The translations under genes and the position numbers were made by a program. Below the pieces are notes generated by a model. It had not been told where the DNA came from and did not search any database. It saw only the letters and a program-made list of their open reading frames with translations. A stretch of DNA of 42,540 nt. Origin: a virus (Duplodnaviria > Caudoviricetes). The stretch covers positions 1-42,540 of IMG/VR virus record IMGVR_UViG_3300031576_000125; one strand, 5' to 3'. Numbering within the stretch: the stretch's first letter is position 1; each line of letters starts with the position of its first letter. Positions 1 through 8,153 of this stretch are shown here, in pieces.

Positions 1-60
1 AGATATGGGCCCCCCTGCCCCCCCCCCCCCCCCCCCCCTCCCCCTATGCCCCTATCCCCC
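1..60. repeat. C-rich/poly-C tract at left end; degraded copy of the right end
   Basis: C runs at 10-60; 1-17 (AGATATGGGCCCCCCTG) resembles AGATAGGGTCCCCTG at 42456-42470. Confidence 0.8.
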
Positions 61-356
61 TTGTCTGTGCCAGAATTTAGTCCTGCTAAAAGGTAGCTTA
101 ACTGCATATAGAATAATGAACTACAGGTACAAAATTTAATAAAAATTAAGCATTGTTCCTAGATTATGTATACTCTGTCCACATAATAGTGCGCAGGAGA
201 AGTCAGGCTTGACTGAGTGAGCTTACCTCAAATTAACGTGTAGAGTTGAGCAGGGTTGCGCTTGGCTAAGGTAGAAGTTGGCCAACATACAAAGATAAAC
301 CTATTTATTACGTGAATTTACGCGGATAAGCCAACATAATACTAACAACAACCTAA

Positions 357-563
357 TCAAACTATTTTATCTAATTCTTTAAGTAAATCCTTGATTTTTA
401 AGGACATTTTATTAAATGTATCAAGCTTTATGAATACATATCCTTTAAGAAAGTGATGCATTCCAACAATAGTTATACCATTTACTCGTGATAGATAAAC
501 AGACAGGTTATCATTAATATTGTGAACTTCAGTTACTTTTGAATTTACTTTTTCGGCTTTCAT
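357..563 (-). CDS. hypothetical protein
   Basis: ORF; AGGAG RBS 6 nt before the ATG at 563 (MKAEKV), so the start was moved from 593. Confidence 0.7.
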   Translation of the reverse strand: MKAEKVNSKVTEVHNINDNLSVYLSRVNGITIVGMHHFLKGYVFIKLDTFNKMSLKIKDLLKELDKIV

Positions 564-564
564 A

Positions 565-903
565 TTATGCTCCTTCTGGACCTTTAAAGTCATACATACT
601 AACTATTTTTGAGCCATCAATAGATTCTGCTAATAAATCAAGAAATTTAGCCCGGGTAGTAGTCCTTAGTAGAATGGGGGTTTGGTTATTCAAAAACTGA
701 ACGCAAGCGGTGTAACTGCCCACAAAATAGTACACAGGGGCCTCTTCTTGCCTATTAATAGCTTCTAAGTCTGGTTTATATAATATCCCATATAATAAGA
801 ATGGTCTATCGTCAACTTGAACGACAGTATATAGGTCTAATACTTCATCTATAACGTAGCCAGACGAAATAGCTATTGGTATTAATGGTTTAAATAAGCT
901 CAT
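565..903 (-). CDS. hypothetical protein
   Basis: 112-aa ORF with ATGA overlap to the upstream gene. Confidence 0.7.
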   Translation of the reverse strand: MSLFKPLIPIAISSGYVIDEVLDLYTVVQVDDRPFLLYGILYKPDLEAINRQEEAPVYYFVGSYTACVQFLNNQTPILLRTTTRAKFLDLLAESIDGSKIVSMYDFKGPEGA

Positions 904-1130
904 TTCACACTACCTTCGGTATAAAACCCTTCGCTGTAAGATTGGGGCTTATCCATTAAATTCATTGCAGATTTGTCATTAATTAGTATTATAGCTAGTT
1001 TCATATCATCGCGGCGGGTTATGCTAACCTCTAAATCAACAAGCTGTACTTGGTATTTTGACTTTTCAGCTTTATTCTTACAGTGCCTGATTTGCCAGAT
1101 CAGTTCTTTTTTAGTTCTTTCTCTTCTCAT
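900..1130 (-). CDS. hypothetical protein (IRHCKN motif)
   Basis: AGGAGG RBS; first gene behind the sigma-28-like promoter. Confidence 0.75.
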   Translation of the reverse strand: MRRERTKKELIWQIRHCKNKAEKSKYQVQLVDLEVSITRRDDMKLAIILINDKSAMNLMDKPQSYSEGFYTEGSVK

Positions 1131-1151
1131 TTTCGACCTCCTATAACTATA

Positions 1152-1178
1152 TTATCGTCTAATTTTTAGAAAACTTAA
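1152..1178 (-). promoter_or_regulatory. sigma-28 (FliA)-type promoter candidate
   Basis: Minus strand TTAAGTTT-N11-GACGATAA versus consensus TAAAGTTT-N11-GCCGATAA; one mismatch per box; just upstream of the RBS of 900..1130. Confidence 0.6.
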
Positions 1179-1267
1179 ATATTTATTTATGACTTATTCA
1201 AAATATATTTACACTAATAAGTTTAATAACTTAACTAAATTTCAATAACTTACACCTATAATTATTC

Positions 1268-1296
1268 TTGACTTTTATTACGAAGTGGTTGAAAAT
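1268..1296 (+). promoter_or_regulatory. sigma-70-type promoter candidate
   Basis: TTGACT-N17-GAAAAT upstream of the AGGAGG RBS of 1326. Confidence 0.45.
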
Positions 1297-1325
1297 GTAA
1301 GTATATAAAGAAGGAGGGCTAAAAG

Positions 1326-1562
1326 ATGTTTGAGTTAAGTGAAGTATTAGAAGTTTTAGATGAAATATTAATGTCCATCCCTAAATTAAGTTTAACAGTT
1401 CATGAGACTATTATAAGAGAGGTGCGGAAAGACTTGCAAACTAAAATTGATAATTCTTTAGCTGACATGCAGAGAGAATTGGAAGAAGAGCCTTGTCAAT
1501 CTGTAGTAGGTGATGGCTTAGGGGATGACGAGATCAGCAGCTTGGGCGGAACATTCGAATAG
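1326..1562 (+). CDS. acidic hypothetical protein
   Basis: ORF with AGGAGG RBS. Confidence 0.75.
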   Translation: MFELSEVLEVLDEILMSIPKLSLTVHETIIREVRKDLQTKIDNSLADMQRELEEEPCQSVVGDGLGDDEISSLGGTFE

Positions 1563-1577
1563 GAGCGGGGGGCTAAA

Positions 1578-1886
1578 ATGAAGGAAGTATCGGATTATAT
1601 TCATTATTTAGAGGGGGAAATACGACATTGTAAAAACCTCAGGACTAAATTAGATCTGGTGGAAAGATTGCAGCAAGCTAAAGAATATTATGTTAAGTTA
1701 ACTAATAAAAGGCATTCTCTTACGGGGATTCCCGCTGGTTTTAACCCTATTCAAACAACTGAAGTAAAGCTTAAGAGTAAAGATGAGAGGGAATTTCCAG
1801 ACTTAGTCCGATTTATTCTGTGGGGACTTTGTGTGAGTGTGCTTATGGTAGTTTCCTTTATGATAGCAGGGAGTTGGGTAGGTTAA
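1578..1886 (+). CDS. hypothetical membrane-anchored protein (IRHCKN motif, C-terminal TM helix)
   Basis: RBS; hydrophobic C-terminus FILWGLCVSVLMVVSFMIAG. Confidence 0.75.
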   Translation: MKEVSDYIHYLEGEIRHCKNLRTKLDLVERLQQAKEYYVKLTNKRHSLTGIPAGFNPIQTTEVKLKSKDEREFPDLVRFILWGLCVSVLMVVSFMIAGSWVG

Positions 1887-2005
1887 TGGAAAGATCGGAA
1901 GTAGTTTGTATTTTATTAATTAGCTTTGCTATAATATCAACAGCTTGCCTTATATTATACTCCACAGCTTTTTTCTTAAAAACGTGGGTTTTATGCGTAA
2001 TTTAG
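1886..2005 (+). CDS. small membrane protein (39 aa)
   Basis: TAATG coupling at 1886; hydrophobic sequence VVCILLISFAIISTACLILYSTAFFL. Confidence 0.55.
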   Translation: MERSEVVCILLISFAIISTACLILYSTAFFLKTWVLCVI

Positions 2006-2823
2006 ATAAATTTAGCTGGATATTTAGGATTTTTGCTATAGTTTTTACATTTTATAGCCCCACAGAGGTATTTGCAAGGGGGCTGCCAAAATGCCCTACT
2101 GTGCCTACTGTGGTACTGATGGACTCTAATCGTTTTTTTGAACACGCTAACATCATTATATCAGTTTTAAAATCTGATAAGTATAACATCCAATTTTTTG
2201 AGATCATGTGTAAATGGTGTGGTGCTTGGGACGATTTAAAGTATATCCGGTGGGCCGCATCTTGCAAAAATAAGTCTAGTCCTATTTTAGGACTTAATAT
2301 GTCTTTAACTTATGCAAGAGCGCAAAAAGATGAGGATTTTGCAAAGGAGATGCGAGATTCTCTACAGGAAGCGTCTAAATCTGGCATACTGATAACTGCT
2401 GCTGCAGGCAATGAAAGTCTTAATATAGACCCCCCTAACGAGGGGATCTTACCCGCTTCCTCGCCGTTCGTAACTCCAATATGTGCCTATAATACGGGCT
2501 CTAGTAATAACTCGAATCGGTGTATTTGGGAGGATGGTATAGTTAATATAGCTGGTGAAGAACCTGCAATGGGCACTAGTTTTGCAGCCCCCAGATATCT
2601 TAAGTTTGTAATAGAGTCAAATATTGCAGACATTGTATGCAAAAATAGTATAAAAGCTACTATTTTAGATGGATCGAATATGGGCGATGACCCCAGGGAT
2701 TGGCCCACAATGAGCAGAGCTAGATACGTATGCAGAGATCAATATAAGAGTTGTTTAGTTAAATTTATTAAGCAAAAAGTAGGTATTTATAGTATTTTTT
2801 GCGGGAAAGAGAAAGGAGAATAA
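1993..2823 (+). CDS. exported S8 (subtilisin-like) serine peptidase, compact form
   Basis: VVLMDS (Asp), EHANII (His), ITAAAGNE (oxyanion Asn), MGTSFAAP (Ser); signal-peptide-like N-terminus from MRNLDK at 1993; Cys-rich. Confidence 0.85.
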   Translation: MRNLDKFSWIFRIFAIVFTFYSPTEVFARGLPKCPTVPTVVLMDSNRFFEHANIIISVLKSDKYNIQFFEIMCKWCGAWDDLKYIRWAASCKNKSSPILGLNMSLTYARAQKDEDFAKEMRDSLQEASKSGILITAAAGNESLNIDPPNEGILPASSPFVTPICAYNTGSSNNSNRCIWEDGIVNIAGEEPAMGTSFAAPRYLKFVIESNIADIVCKNSIKATILDGSNMGDDPRDWPTMSRARYVCRDQYKSCLVKFIKQKVGIYSIFCGKEKGE

Positions 2824-2825
2824 TT

Positions 2826-2981
2826 ATGGTTAAAAGGGTAAGTAAAAAGAAGTCTAGTTTTGATTTATCTTTTGGTTTGGGCGTTTTAGCTCTATTGTGT
2901 GCAATAGCTTTAATACTATATTTTAATACTCCATTAGAATGTGAGTTTCCTCAAACTACGGAAAGTCCTGTAGGGGAATAG
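2826..2981 (+). CDS. small membrane protein
   Basis: Basic N-terminus plus one hydrophobic helix; ATG at 2826 directly after the S8 stop. Confidence 0.6.
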   Translation: MVKRVSKKKSSFDLSFGLGVLALLCAIALILYFNTPLECEFPQTTESPVGE

Positions 2982-2982
2982 A

Positions 2983-3642
2983 TTGGATTATTTAGAAATA
3001 GAAACTAAATATAGTGTCCCTAACTTAAAGTTATCAGAATTCGACAATTTTATGCAAAAGTTTAAAGCTAAAAAGGTCTTAGAGGTAGCGGGTTATGATA
3101 CTTATTACGTACATCCTACACTTGAAGATAGGTTTATACGCGATAGAACCAATCAGTCTGAACGCTTTATTACTGTCAAAGTAAAACAACACGAAAAACA
3201 TAATAGAATTAGGACAGAAATTGATATTAAAAAAACTAGTAGTGTAGAATCTTTAAAAACATTTTTTACTGAATCTAAAATTGAATCTAATTATATTTTT
3301 GGTAATGAATCTTTATATAAAAGTTTTTCTATTAATTTAGATGAAGTGTTAAGATTAGCTTTAAATAAAGGCTACACTGAAAACTTTAAAATATATAAAC
3401 ACTGTAAAATTTATTGGTTAGAAAAAGTAGTTATAGTTTGGTATAAGGTTTTTAATAAAGATATCGAGGAAATGGAAATATTTGTTGAAATTGAAGCCGA
3501 TCCGGACTATTTGTGGAAAACAGAAGAGGAGGCTTGGCAAGCAATTACGGAAATGGAAAAGCAATGCTCCGGATTAAAGATCAGTTCGCAAATGCGAAAA
3601 AATAAAAGTTTATTTGAACTGTATAGGAAAAATATTGTTTGA
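2983..3642 (+). CDS. CYTH / triphosphate tunnel metalloenzyme (class IV adenylate cyclase-like fold)
   Basis: N-terminal EIETK (ExExK), DTYY, FIRDR, ITVK, RTEIDI, C-terminal FVEIE; TTG start. Confidence 0.85.
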   Translation: MDYLEIETKYSVPNLKLSEFDNFMQKFKAKKVLEVAGYDTYYVHPTLEDRFIRDRTNQSERFITVKVKQHEKHNRIRTEIDIKKTSSVESLKTFFTESKIESNYIFGNESLYKSFSINLDEVLRLALNKGYTENFKIYKHCKIYWLEKVVIVWYKVFNKDIEEMEIFVEIEADPDYLWKTEEEAWQAITEMEKQCSGLKISSQMRKNKSLFELYRKNIV

Positions 3643-3710
3643 AATTATTACTACTTTTATTGAGTTATTTTTGTTATTTATACTAACAATTCAAAGTTTA
3701 AGAGATTAAG

Positions 3711-4124
3711 ATGTTAAAATATGAAAATTTAATTAAGCAATACCCTGAGTTTTTTATTGAAACTGCCCTTTCCGTAAACGAAAGCTGTATGGCATTTGGG
3801 GTTGAATGCGGAGAAGGTTGGTGCAGAATATTAGAAGCATTGTGCTTAAAACTTAAAATGCTTCTACAAGAAAATAACGAGCCTTTATCTGTATTTAGAT
3901 TTACACAAATAAAAGAAAAATACGGCACACTCTATATATACTATAAGTTAAATTATATAAATATACCAGCAACTACTAAAATAGATAACCTAATTCAAAA
4001 AGCTGAAGAAGATTCTGAAACAATTTGTGAGCATTGTGGAAAACAAGGTGAGTTATACGATGATGGTTGGTGTATTACATTGTGTATAAATTGTAAAAGG
4101 AAGTATAAAAATGGATTTAAATAA
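3711..4124 (+). CDS. conserved phage protein with Zn finger (QIKEKYG-L..Y / CxxCG family)
   Basis: ECGEGW, QIKEKYGTLYIYY, CEHCG...CINC motifs, recurrent in phage hypothetical proteins. Confidence 0.75.
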   Translation: MLKYENLIKQYPEFFIETALSVNESCMAFGVECGEGWCRILEALCLKLKMLLQENNEPLSVFRFTQIKEKYGTLYIYYKLNYINIPATTKIDNLIQKAEEDSETICEHCGKQGELYDDGWCITLCINCKRKYKNGFK

Positions 4125-4764
4125 TTTAATATTTTATTTTTTTAGAGTAGTAAGAATAGTTTTAATGACTATACTTTTTTTACTATTATTTTCGTATTTA
4201 ACTTCTGAATCAAAGGCCGCCTCTTCTTCTACCTCAATCAACTTATCTTGTGCTGCGAGCACACATGTTTATGTTCCATCCGGCATAGTTATTGAAACTT
4301 TTAAAAGCAACGGTTTAGCTATAAATGCGCTGATTACCCCTATCGGCCAATATGCTGAACCATCTTTTTCAGCTAGTATACAATATACTAATCCTAATGA
4401 GTACGAATTAAGCTTTGAAATGCCTAATATGGTTATATTTGGTCCTTGCCAAGGCAAAGATAAGGCGGGTATAGAGGTATCCGGATTTTCTGGGACGTCC
4501 GGTTTAGAGCTCTCTATAAATCCCCTGGGAGGAAGCTTTACTCCACTCAATGTAATAAGCCCTTCAGTTAAACAGCTTTTTGGTCCGGGCGGATTAGTTA
4601 GTTTTAGTTACATACAAGATGGTTTGGATTCAGAGCCTGCTGCAGGCCCTATAGGATTTAGACATGCAGCACAAATGAACTTAAAAATTCCTAACACTTT
4701 TAGAACGCGGTTTGATTTAATTTATGAATATTCATTAAGGTTTACTCCATTTTTAACTGAATAG
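4111..4764 (+). CDS. exported hypothetical protein
   Basis: Hydrophobic N-terminus ending in SKA-A, a likely cleavage site; beta-rich mature part. Confidence 0.7.
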   Translation: MDLNNLIFYFFRVVRIVLMTILFLLLFSYLTSESKAASSSTSINLSCAASTHVYVPSGIVIETFKSNGLAINALITPIGQYAEPSFSASIQYTNPNEYELSFEMPNMVIFGPCQGKDKAGIEVSGFSGTSGLELSINPLGGSFTPLNVISPSVKQLFGPGGLVSFSYIQDGLDSEPAAGPIGFRHAAQMNLKIPNTFRTRFDLIYEYSLRFTPFLTE

Positions 4765-4772
4765 AGGTTTTT

Positions 4773-5018
4773 ATGCCATATATAAAAAAAGATATTAGAC
4801 CTTCGTTAGACTCTGGAAAAGAGCCTACTAATGCGGGCGAATTAAACTATGTAATTACACAGCTACTAGTAAAGTACCAGTTACATCATCCAACTTGTTA
4901 CCAAACTTATAACGATATGGTGGGGGTATTAGAGAGTAGTAAATTAGAATTATACAGGCGCTTAATAGCTGACTATGAAGATAGCAAAATAGCCGCGAAT
5001 GGGGATGTTTATTTATAG
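4773..5018 (+). CDS. conserved small phage protein (DUF6899-like)
   Basis: MPYI...GELNYVIT...NDMVGVLESSKLELYRR..ADYED.KI..NGDVY pattern; GAGG RBS. Confidence 0.7.
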   Translation: MPYIKKDIRPSLDSGKEPTNAGELNYVITQLLVKYQLHHPTCYQTYNDMVGVLESSKLELYRRLIADYEDSKIAANGDVYL

Positions 5019-5040
5019 ATTGTAAGGGCGCAGGATGATT

Positions 5041-5214
5041 ATGATAATAAAAGAAGGTAAATTTTGGGTAGTCTATGGGAACTCTTTTGATATTATTACA
5101 AAAAATCCTAAAATTTTAGGTATTTATTCTACTAAAGAAGGGGCTAAAAAAAGAGCTAAACAATTAAATCAAATGAAATTTATGCGAATTAAGCCTAAAA
5201 TTAACCGAGGCTAA
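5041..5214 (+). CDS. small basic phage protein (57 aa; not in the ORF track)
   Basis: Translated by hand: MIIKEGKFWVVYGNSFDIITKNPKILGIYSTKEGAKKRAKQLNQMKFMRIKPKINRG; AGGA upstream. Confidence 0.65.
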   Translation: MIIKEGKFWVVYGNSFDIITKNPKILGIYSTKEGAKKRAKQLNQMKFMRIKPKINRG

Positions 5215-5221
5215 TAAGTTC

Positions 5222-6331
5222 TTATTTTAACTTTTTTAATACTAAACTTAATGAATAAAATAAATGATTCAAGTCTATATAAGTTAAATCTCCTATATAA
5301 GCAACTCTGATAACATTTTCTTTTAACATCCCTATACCGGTAGAAATAATAATATCATGTTCCTTTTCTAACATATCTTTTATTTTAGACGCCGTTGTTT
5401 TGTAAGGGACTTTAAATACGGTAATCCCTTGAGAATAGCCAACTTTAACTAATCTTTCTAGCCCAAGAGTTTGTCCAAACCCATGCACAATTTCAGTCAT
5501 ATGTCTATATTTAGTTAACCAATTTTTATAAGTATACTCTAAAATAAACTTACACGATACATTACACCCCAGTACTAAATTGCTGGGAAAAGTATACGGG
5601 ACTTCACCTCTTTTTAAACTTTCCCGTAACCTAATTAAGTCAAAATAGTACCTAGACATTTTAGTTTTAAGCGCAATAACCCAAGCTCTATGACTTACAG
5701 ATAAAAAACTTAGCCCGGGAGGGAGCATTAGCCCTTTTTGTGAAGAAGCAATTACTACATCTAAGCCCCAGTCATCTGTTTTTAATTCAGATATAGCTAA
5801 AGTGCTAATAGCATCTACTAGTACTAACGCATTGCTATGCTTTTTAGTTAACTCCGCTAGCAACTTAACAGGATTTTGTACTCCTGTAGAAGTTTCAGCC
5901 GCAACAAAAAGTACACCTTTTACGTTAGGTTTACTTTTAAGCATTTTTATAAGCTGAGCTGGGTCTAAAGCAATTCCTACGGGGGCATTAAGCCAATGTA
6001 CCTCCAGCCCAAACATTTGGGCTATTAGGCCCCACCTTGCGCTAAATTCGCCCATATCTAGCACTATAACCTCATCTCCTGGGCTGAAGAAATTGGTTAT
6101 GCAAGCTTCCATAGCTCCTGTGCCAGAAGATGGTACCATTATAATATCGTTTTTAGTTTGGAATATGTCTTTTAAAAGCTCTTCAGTTTCCATTAAAAGT
6201 TGACTAAATTCAACTGTTTGATGGTTAATTAAAGGTTTATTTAAAGCTACCTGAATAATTTCAGGTATTTGTACAGGTCCCGGTGTAAATAGTCTTTTAA
6301 CTTTCTTTTCTTGGTTTGTTTTGATCTTCAT
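5222..6331 (-). CDS. class V PLP-dependent aminotransferase (alanine-glyoxylate/serine-pyruvate family)
   Basis: LFTPGP, SGTGAME, ETSTG, VDAIS, SSQKGLMLPPGL (PLP lysine). Confidence 0.93.
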   Translation of the reverse strand: MKIKTNQEKKVKRLFTPGPVQIPEIIQVALNKPLINHQTVEFSQLLMETEELLKDIFQTKNDIIMVPSSGTGAMEACITNFFSPGDEVIVLDMGEFSARWGLIAQMFGLEVHWLNAPVGIALDPAQLIKMLKSKPNVKGVLFVAAETSTGVQNPVKLLAELTKKHSNALVLVDAISTLAISELKTDDWGLDVVIASSQKGLMLPPGLSFLSVSHRAWVIALKTKMSRYYFDLIRLRESLKRGEVPYTFPSNLVLGCNVSCKFILEYTYKNWLTKYRHMTEIVHGFGQTLGLERLVKVGYSQGITVFKVPYKTTASKIKDMLEKEHDIIISTGIGMLKENVIRVAYIGDLTYIDLNHLFYSLSLVLKKLK

Positions 6332-6623
6332 AAAGAGCTAAACCTAAAATAGAGTAATTAATTATATCTATAAATCTGCTTTTTAAAGATTCAGAGGATT
6401 CCAATTTATCTGTTTTAACCCAACTCATGACAGCATCAATATGTTTCATAAAATAAATAGACCAAACTTGCTTAGGACTCATCCCAGTTAACTGGGCATT
6501 TCTTTTAAAATTAATAAGCCTATCTTCATTTCCTTGGGTATAATCTTCTCCTTTAGCACTAAAGCAAGATTTACATTCAGCTAATAATTCATTTGTTAAA
6601 GTTTCTAATCTAATTTTGTTCAT
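6297..6623 (-). CDS. Nmad1/DUF1599-like all-alpha nucleotide-modification-associated protein
   Basis: K..DY...D.L.NF...A...W.....KH...ES...R..D..NY..L pattern. Confidence 0.7.
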   Translation of the reverse strand: MNKIRLETLTNELLAECKSCFSAKGEDYTQGNEDRLINFKRNAQLTGMSPKQVWSIYFMKHIDAVMSWVKTDKLESSESLKSRFIDIINYSILGLALYEDQNKPRKES

Positions 6624-6837
6624 GCCATTTTCCTAATTCATGTGCCATAAACCACAAATCATCAAATTTATAAAAGTAAATTTTAGATTTATTTCCCCCG
6701 AAAATATCAATTAAACTTTCTAAACAATCTTCTAAACTTGTCTCTATAATAGTAGAAATCCAAAGTGGGATATGCACAGCTACCATTCCATCAGTTGTTT
6801 CAAATATCTTCAGCAGGAATATTTCCTTTTGATTCAT
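6610..6837 (-). CDS. hypothetical protein
   Basis: ORF overlapping both neighbours in the operon. Confidence 0.55.
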   Translation of the reverse strand: MNQKEIFLLKIFETTDGMVAVHIPLWISTIIETSLEDCLESLIDIFGGNKSKIYFYKFDDLWFMAHELGKWHEQN

Positions 6838-7312
6838 CCTTTACCTCAACAACATTTTCTTCATCTTCTTCGGGCAAAATCATCATTTTACTGACCGCAT
6901 TCGTTAAATCTGCACTTAAAGTTTGGTGTTTACTTGGTGCCACCCAGCCCCTAATTTTAGCTAAAGCATTTAAAAGCTGAACAAGCTCCCCTACAGTTAT
7001 GCCGCCATCCATTTTAAGAGCACTCTTTAGTGCAGCCTTTACTTTAGAAATAATATCCGTTTCCATATCCGGATAATCATCTTTAAACTTTTGATCTATA
7101 TAAGTTTTAACTGCTGGATCTTTAGCTAAAACATACGCCATTTGTTTTATAGAGCGCTCTGTACGAACATTATATGCCTTTTTAACAGCATCTTTTGCGG
7201 ATAAACCTTTATATAATTCTTCAGCAAACTTACGTTTTTTTACTGTAAGCCTAGAATTACTATAACTTTCATCACTCAAGCTTAAACTCCGATATTTTAA
7301 TTCCCTTATCAT
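6800..7312 (-). CDS. terS: probable terminase small subunit
   Basis: LTVKKRKFAEELYKGLSAKDAVKKAY...AYVLAKDPAVKTYI HTH typical of TerS; later ALNxLAKxxG-like helix; acidic tail. Confidence 0.7.
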   Translation of the reverse strand: MIRELKYRSLSLSDESYSNSRLTVKKRKFAEELYKGLSAKDAVKKAYNVRTERSIKQMAYVLAKDPAVKTYIDQKFKDDYPDMETDIISKVKAALKSALKMDGGITVGELVQLLNALAKIRGWVAPSKHQTLSADLTNAVSKMMILPEEDEENVVEVKDESKGNIPAEDI

Positions 7313-7763
7313 TCTTTATTTCGCGCATAATTTGCTTTAATTGATCCTCTAAATCCGGGACTAAGTATACTAGCAGTTCCCCAGCAGTTTCAGCCCTAAT
7401 TTTATCTTCTTTTGAGTTGTTTTTAAAGAATTTATAGTATTTTTCTCTAAAAAATAATAAGGATTTTTCTTTAATGGGGTCTGCAGAAGCAAGTTGATTT
7501 TTTTTATCAAGCTCCTCTTTAAACCGTACAGAGTATTTAGACATTTCCGCCTCTGTTGGAGCCCCTTGAGCAGCTTGTTGATTAGATGGAGGACTAACAT
7601 CCAAGATTTTATACACTTTATTTTCAGAAGGGACATAAGCTAAGGCCTCTCCTAAACTTAAACAAGTTATTGATAAATCTTGGTTCGGTAATTGAGAAAT
7701 GTTTAAGGTGGGAGATCCCGGCCATATCCGGTATACTCCACCCTCTTTAAGAATCTGATGCAC
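7272..7763 (-). CDS. hypothetical protein
   Basis: 163-aa ORF, GTG start behind GGGGG. Confidence 0.7.
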   Translation of the reverse strand: MHQILKEGGVYRIWPGSPTLNISQLPNQDLSITCLSLGEALAYVPSENKVYKILDVSPPSNQQAAQGAPTEAEMSKYSVRFKEELDKKNQLASADPIKEKSLLFFREKYYKFFKNNSKEDKIRAETAGELLVYLVPDLEDQLKQIMREIKNDKGIKISEFKLE

Positions 7764-8028
7764 AACCTACCCCCTTTAAAAAGGCTTTAATATATTTTAA
7801 AACAATTAAAGCAGTAAGTCCAGAAAATAATATATAAACATAACACCTGTTAGATCTTAAAAAATCTACCGCATCTTTATAAGTTTTAATTGTATCTTTA
7901 CAAGCATAAATTATTTTATCTTTATTAAACTCTTTAATATCTTGAACAGCCCTATCTAAAACGGCTAACATAAGCTGATTCTCCGGCTTTAATTTTAGTC
8001 CCAGTTGCTCTTCTAGCTGCTTTAACAT
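7747..8028 (-). CDS. hypothetical phage protein
   Basis: GGAG RBS; LxxAVLxRAVxD motif common in small phage proteins. Confidence 0.7.
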   Translation of the reverse strand: MLKQLEEQLGLKLKPENQLMLAVLDRAVQDIKEFNKDKIIYACKDTIKTYKDAVDFLRSNRCYVYILFSGLTALIVLKYIKAFLKGVGCASDS

Positions 8029-8054
8029 ATCTAAACTCCCTAGGTGTTAGACCT

Positions 8055-8084
8055 AGTATAACATAGGCTAACCTAATAAGTCAA
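8055..8084 (-). promoter_or_regulatory. sigma-70 promoter with extended -10
   Basis: TTGACT-N18-TATACT with TGn, pointing to 8028. Confidence 0.65.
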
Positions 8085-8153
8085 GCTTTACTTTTATCTA
8101 ACATAGGTTAAGTCATACTCAGACCTTGATAGCCCCCGATATAGCTTATGTTA
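8059..8153. repeat. three copies of TAACATARGYTA (two direct, one inverted)
   Basis: 8059-8070 TAACATAGGCTA, 8099-8110 TAACATAGGTTA, 8142-8153 reverse complement TAACATAAGCTA. Confidence 0.6.

Noticed and set aside
3639-3686. 15-aa hydrophobic TTG ORF after the CYTH gene
   Set aside because: Too short; expected by chance in T-rich sequence
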